Of a stretch of 28,601 nucleotides of DNA, positions 24,653 to 28,601 are shown piece after piece; positions within the stretch are counted from its first letter, which is position 1; each line of letters begins with the position of its first letter. The notes under the pieces were generated by a model. That model saw only the letters and a program-made list of their open reading frames with translations. It did not search any database and was not told the origin of the DNA. The DNA lies in IMG/VR virus record IMGVR_UViG_3300033067_000182, positions 1 to 28,601 of that record. The stretch is one strand, 5' to 3'. The stretch is from a virus. Lineage: Duplodnaviria > Caudoviricetes. Made by a program: the position numbers and the translations under genes.

Positions 24653-24927
24653 AAAGATGGTTGCGTAAAAAATTACATAACTTTGTATTCGCGCCGGAAC
24701 CCAACCTGGCAATGAACAAAAGCATAGCAGTTGAATCTAACAGCGTTGACGTAGATGCTGGTTTACGATTTACTGTAATGTCTGCCCGAGGCGGTACCAT
24801 TGTGCAAACTAGATCCTACGATAAGCGCACAGACCGCAGCGATTGTACTACCCATGTTATCCCCGAGGGCGAAGATATTGCAGTTCGTGTTGGCGAAATT
24901 GTTAGCATGGAAATGCTGAGTCAATGA
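24649..24927 (+). CDS. hypothetical protein (tandem paralog A)
   Basis: SD GAGG, ATGA coupling; A.GG.I ... VI.E..D ... G.I..M pattern. Confidence 0.75.
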   Translation: MKRWLRKKLHNFVFAPEPNLAMNKSIAVESNSVDVDAGLRFTVMSARGGTIVQTRSYDKRTDRSDCTTHVIPEGEDIAVRVGEIVSMEMLSQ

Positions 24928-25184
24928 GTCACCACACATTAACCCTTGGTGGACTAGCTGTGGGTGCCACTGGATTAACCGGTGTGGCCCCTTCGCATAA
25001 ATTCCCTGGGTTCGACATTAGAGTTAGTCATGCAAATGGTGGATGGATCATTAGCGTCCATGCAACATACTCAATAGGGTACGCAGTGGAACCCGACTTG
25101 TATGTTATCCACGAAGACCAAGACCTTGGCACAGAATTAGGCAAAATTATAACTATGCATTGCCTACAGAAAGAGAACAAATGA
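24924..25184 (+). CDS. hypothetical protein (tandem paralog B)
   Basis: ATGA coupling; same motif pattern as the upstream gene. Confidence 0.75.
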   Translation: MSHHTLTLGGLAVGATGLTGVAPSHKFPGFDIRVSHANGGWIISVHATYSIGYAVEPDLYVIHEDQDLGTELGKIITMHCLQKENK

Positions 25185-25645
25185 TGATTATCGCAAAACC
25201 TGTAGTAAAGAACAAATATTGGATTGTTGAAGACTCGGGTACTAAGATTGCAACTATTCAAGCAATCGACGAAGGTGGCTACGCATACGTACACGACAAT
25301 CAACGTGAACGTTTTGCTACTATTAAGATGTTGAGCAAAAAATACAACATTGTGTTTGACAACGCCAAGCCAGCTAAAGTTAAAACAGGGCACGAATGTT
25401 ACGGATTTCCGTGTAGTACAAAGCCCTATAATCAAGTGTGGGACGTAAAACGAGGCCTCCCAATCTACAGTAAAGAAGTCAAAAGCAAAAGTCTTTACTG
25501 TGCAGGTTACTATGCAGTTAAGTTTAATAACGCATGGATTGCAGAGTACTGCCCCAAGAATATCACGCTCAGCAGGTACGATTATCACGGTCCTTTTGCA
25601 ACAAAAGACGAGCAAACTGCTAAATTAAACCAGCTAAAGGAGTGA
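25181..25645 (+). CDS. hypothetical phage protein, 154 aa
   Basis: ATG 25181 overlapping the upstream stop; 'KSKSLYCAGYY...CPK.ITL.RY.Y.GPF' block. Confidence 0.75.
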   Translation: MMIIAKPVVKNKYWIVEDSGTKIATIQAIDEGGYAYVHDNQRERFATIKMLSKKYNIVFDNAKPAKVKTGHECYGFPCSTKPYNQVWDVKRGLPIYSKEVKSKSLYCAGYYAVKFNNAWIAEYCPKNITLSRYDYHGPFATKDEQTAKLNQLKE

Positions 25646-25646
25646 T

Positions 25647-25862
25647 ATGGAACAACTAAGCCTAACTATGCGTACCTTCAATGATCGCGTAAAGCAAATG
25701 AATCAAACCAATGGTAAACAGTTGGTTTTGTCTGCACAAGAAGCCCGCAGCTTGCACAATGACATTTTTGCTATGCTTGCAAACATTGCAGAGCTAACTA
25801 GCAAAGGCGGCCCCGAAGCAGATGTCATACAAATTAGTGTAGATGGTGGCGGCTTTAAGTAA
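25647..25862 (+). CDS. hypothetical protein, 71 aa
   Basis: SD AAGGAG; ends in 'DGGGFK'. Confidence 0.75.
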   Translation: MEQLSLTMRTFNDRVKQMNQTNGKQLVLSAQEARSLHNDIFAMLANIAELTSKGGPEADVIQISVDGGGFK

Positions 25863-25879
25863 TCTACGCATATTACGAT

Positions 25880-25887
25880 GATAAATA
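25880..25887 (+). promoter_or_regulatory. late-promoter-like GATAAATA
   Basis: One mismatch to TATAAATA, intergenic, within the small inverted repeat GATAAA-TAC-TTTATC. Confidence 0.4.
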
Positions 25888-25908
25888 CTTTATCAAGGAA
25901 ATATTGAA

Positions 25909-26196
25909 ATGTCGAGACCAAAGCCAACAGTTCTACTAGAGCACGTTAACAAGACCACTTATAAGTCAGATCAAATTCTGAGTAGCGAGGGGATCTGGGC
26001 AGTATTCTACGACAATGCTCCAATTAACCTTAAGAAGTCCCATACGCTAATTCATTACCCAGGGCCTAAATATGCCAAGTGCTCTTTTTCTAACCCCGGG
26101 CATGCAGTTAATTTAGCAAAGAAGCTAAACACACTGTTCAAAACAGATAAGTTCTCAGTAGTGTTGCTTAAAGCCGGTGACCAAATCTACCCATGA
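25909..26196 (+). CDS. hypothetical basic phage protein, 95 aa
   Basis: SD AAGGA; MSRPKP...GPKY...FSNPGHA.NLAKKLN. Confidence 0.8.
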   Translation: MSRPKPTVLLEHVNKTTYKSDQILSSEGIWAVFYDNAPINLKKSHTLIHYPGPKYAKCSFSNPGHAVNLAKKLNTLFKTDKFSVVLLKAGDQIYP

Positions 26197-26542
26197 TAGA
26201 CAACAGGAGTGGATTAACAAGTCCCTCCTAGCTTCCGGCCTCCAGCCTGATATGGTTGGAGATGTTAGACCTATATGGTTTAGGAATCCCCTTAACAAAC
26301 ACAGTCTACGATTAACCCATATAGGGTTTAAGTGGGCTGTTTCTCGTTCTAAGTTTGTCCCACACAAAATTACACTAGAAACAGTTATCAATGGCAAGCA
26401 GATGTTGCAACTTGAGAGACTGTTTAGTGAGCCCTACTACTTCAACGAAAAGTCTATAATGGTGTTTAGTGACACCGATGCCGTTATGCTGCAATTGCAT
26501 GCAGGCAATTTAACGCAGTACTTGGATAACTTAGATCAATAA
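26177..26542 (+). CDS. hypothetical protein, 121 aa
   Basis: GTG ORF (start uncertain); last plus-strand gene, convergent with the DegT-like gene. Confidence 0.65.
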   Translation: MTKSTHDRQQEWINKSLLASGLQPDMVGDVRPIWFRNPLNKHSLRLTHIGFKWAVSRSKFVPHKITLETVINGKQMLQLERLFSEPYYFNEKSIMVFSDTDAVMLQLHAGNLTQYLDNLDQ

Positions 26543-27651
26543 TAAAATTCTCTAACTGATTCAGTGATAAATTCAACTTCACTGTCAGTTAGTTCGGGGT
26601 AGATTGGCAAGCTAAGAGTTTCCTTGCTAAAGGTTGCCCCAACTTCTCCGACCCCGTCATGTGCATATAACGCTGATGCGCCCATCGTATCCAATGGCTG
26701 CGGATAGTGGATCTTGGTGTCAATGCCCAAGATCCTAAGGTGATGCATTAAGTTACTGCGACTATTTGGGATTCGCATAACAAATTTCTGCCATGCATGC
26801 TTAACATCCTTGTTAGGGCCAAGTACATCAACAAAAGGAGTTAAACGCTCTGTGTAATATGCAGCAATGTCTGCTCTACGGCGCTGCCATGCGTCAAAGT
26901 GTTTGAGTTTAACTAACATCTGAGCACAATCGGCTTCACTCATTTTGCTGTTGGTACCGGGCAATTCGTGATGGTTAAGTTTGCCATTGTCCCGCAGGTT
27001 CCTGATGGTCATGGCAATATGAACATCATCGGTTAGGACCATGCCGCCTGATCCGTAGTTTGGCAAATTCTTTGTGGGGTCAAAGCTGAGCACACTAACT
27101 GTACCCATTTTGCCACTAGGGATGTCTTTGTATGTGGCCCCAAAGCTCTGTGCAGCATCTTCAATGACAAACGGCGATTCACCTACAAACTCTGTAAGTA
27201 CGCGGAACTGGTCGTAATCGATAGTATTACCAAACAGGTTAGGATACATGATAGCAGCAATGTTTCTTCCACGTAAACTAAAGTTTGCATTTTTTAAATC
27301 CATGAGACCCATGTAATCTACGTCTATAAACTCAGGGGTATGATGAGTCATTAAAACGCTGTTTACAGTAGCCGCAAAGCTAATGGTAGGCACGAGTACT
27401 GCCCCGGGGCGTCTAACGCACTGTAGGGCGAATATGAGCCCTTGTGTGCATGAGTTTACGCTAATGGCATACTTGCGATTGCAGCGCTGAGCAATTGCTT
27501 GCTCAAACGCAGTAGTGTAATGCCCATCTAGCACTTGTCCGCTGGTGTATACTTTATCAGTAACATCCAGGATTTCTTCTCGTAGGTTTTGGTATTGCCT
27601 AGCAACACCAAAAAACGGAATAGTGCTATCGGTTAGATTCGTGTCTGCCAA
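26536..27651 (-). CDS. DegT/DnrJ/EryC1/StrS-family PLP sugar aminotransferase
   Basis: VNSCT, SFAAT, IEDAAQSFGA, SFDPTKNL...GSGG, GTNSKM, IHYP, LSLPIYPEL. Confidence 0.93.
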   Translation of the reverse strand: MADTNLTDSTIPFFGVARQYQNLREEILDVTDKVYTSGQVLDGHYTTAFEQAIAQRCNRKYAISVNSCTQGLIFALQCVRRPGAVLVPTISFAATVNSVLMTHHTPEFIDVDYMGLMDLKNANFSLRGRNIAAIMYPNLFGNTIDYDQFRVLTEFVGESPFVIEDAAQSFGATYKDIPSGKMGTVSVLSFDPTKNLPNYGSGGMVLTDDVHIAMTIRNLRDNGKLNHHELPGTNSKMSEADCAQMLVKLKHFDAWQRRRADIAAYYTERLTPFVDVLGPNKDVKHAWQKFVMRIPNSRSNLMHHLRILGIDTKIHYPQPLDTMGASALYAHDGVGEVGATFSKETLSLPIYPELTDSEVEFITESVREFYY

Positions 27652-28601
27652 AATGGGCTTGCCTTAAACCAATCGTGATATCGACGGAAGCCTTCTTCTA
27701 CGTCAACTTGAGGATCAAAGTCAAAATCGCGACGAGCTGCATCAATGTTTAATGCACCACGGCTAGGAAAGTCTGCATCCTTGTCGCGAACCTCCACTGT
27801 GCCTTTACCTGCAATTTTGATAGCAAGGCTTGCAGCTTGCAGCAAACTACAGCTATGGCTTTTAGTGATGTTGTAGGTTCCGTTTACGGCCTTCTTACTA
27901 ATTGCAGCGGCAGCAATGCCGGCAGCGGCATCTTCAACGTATGTGAAGTCTAGGGTTTCGTTTGCCCCGTTTACTTTAAGGACTTGTCCTCGCATAGCCG
28001 ACAGCATAAACTTCGACACCACGCGATCCTCCACGTCCAGTTCTCCGTAAACAGCAGATGGACGAATAATAACATGATCAAAACAACCGCGACGACTATA
28101 ATCCTTAACAAGCTGTTCTCCCATGTATTTCATGATGCCGTACTGGCCTTGCGGGTTGCAAATTGCGCTTTCAGTGACATCATCCTTGAAGTCGCCGTAG
28201 ACCATACTAGAGCTGATGTAGACAAACTTAGGAATCTTGTAACTCTTAGTAAGTTCTAGCAAGTTAACTAACGAAGTGCTCATTACTTCACTTGCAAGGA
28301 TTGGGTTTTGCCCAACTACTTTTTGCCTAGGAAAACTAGCCAGATGAATTACTGCATGGCAAGTGTGCGAAAAGTTTTTAAAGAAGTTATCAACCGCTTC
28401 GTGATTGCGCAAGTCAACGTGATGGACTCCTGCTCTCATTCGTCTTGTGCGCTCACCGTACAAGTATTGCAGTTCATCGTGATCAATGAACCCGTAGTCG
28501 GTTACGTTGTCAAGAATAATACACTCGTGCCCCTGTTCTTGCAGTTTACGCACCACATTGTGCCCAACAAAGCCGGCACCACCTGTTACGATAAATCTCA
28601 T
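27633..28601 (-). CDS. NAD-dependent nucleotide-sugar epimerase/dehydratase (extended SDR)
   Basis: TGGAGFVG, HLAS, YISSSMVYG, YGIMK (YxxxK), RPSAVYG, DFTYVED; ATG at the window edge. Confidence 0.92.
   Translation of the reverse strand: MRFIVTGGAGFVGHNVVRKLQEQGHECIILDNVTDYGFIDHDELQYLYGERTRRMRAGVHHVDLRNHEAVDNFFKNFSHTCHAVIHLASFPRQKVVGQNPILASEVMSTSLVNLLELTKSYKIPKFVYISSSMVYGDFKDDVTESAICNPQGQYGIMKYMGEQLVKDYSRRGCFDHVIIRPSAVYGELDVEDRVVSKFMLSAMRGQVLKVNGANETLDFTYVEDAAAGIAAAAISKKAVNGTYNITKSHSCSLLQAASLAIKIAGKGTVEVRDKDADFPSRGALNIDAARRDFDFDPQVDVEEGFRRYHDWFKASPFWQTRI

Noticed and set aside
143-28259. Many short antisense and alternate-frame ORFs in the track (e.g. 649..897-, 8928..9467-, 11935..12258-, 25028..25615-, 27984..28259+)
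   Set aside because: They lie within well-supported genes on the other strand or frame and show no recognisable motifs; they are best explained as shadow ORFs.
1-28601. tRNA/rRNA genes, integrase or transposase, and alternative genetic code
   Set aside because: No intergenic gap has cloverleaf or T-loop features and no recombinase motifs were seen. Coding density is very high under the standard code, with TAA, TAG and TGA all used as stops.

Overview
This window is a densely packed, almost entirely plus-strand segment of a large T4-superfamily-like dsDNA phage genome, not a cellular chromosome. It carries a replication module: a DsbA/GapR-like DNA-binding protein, a family B DNA polymerase, a gp45-like sliding clamp and an RNase H/5'-3' exonuclease. 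Interleaved with it is a 7-deazaguanine pathway (folE, queD, a second QueD-like T-fold protein, queE, and a large TGT/DpdA-like transglycosylase) with no canonical queC in the window. The pathway is surrounded by possible tailoring enzymes: a GT-B glycosyltransferase, GalE, two paralogous PP-loop ATPases, a PLP enzyme, a sulfotransferase, a methyltransferase, a DadA-like FAD oxidoreductase and a MazG-like protein. The main inference is a possibly undescribed, replication-coupled hypermodified 7-deazaguanine DNA modification system; the transglycosylase shares an F[DN]SLF tail motif with the polymerase. A riboswitch-like structured leader precedes queD, and smaller structured leaders precede folE and the polymerase. 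The right end holds small phage hypothetical genes and two convergent nucleotide-sugar genes (DegT-like aminotransferase, NAD-dependent epimerase). All calls are by eye from motifs; no database searches were run.
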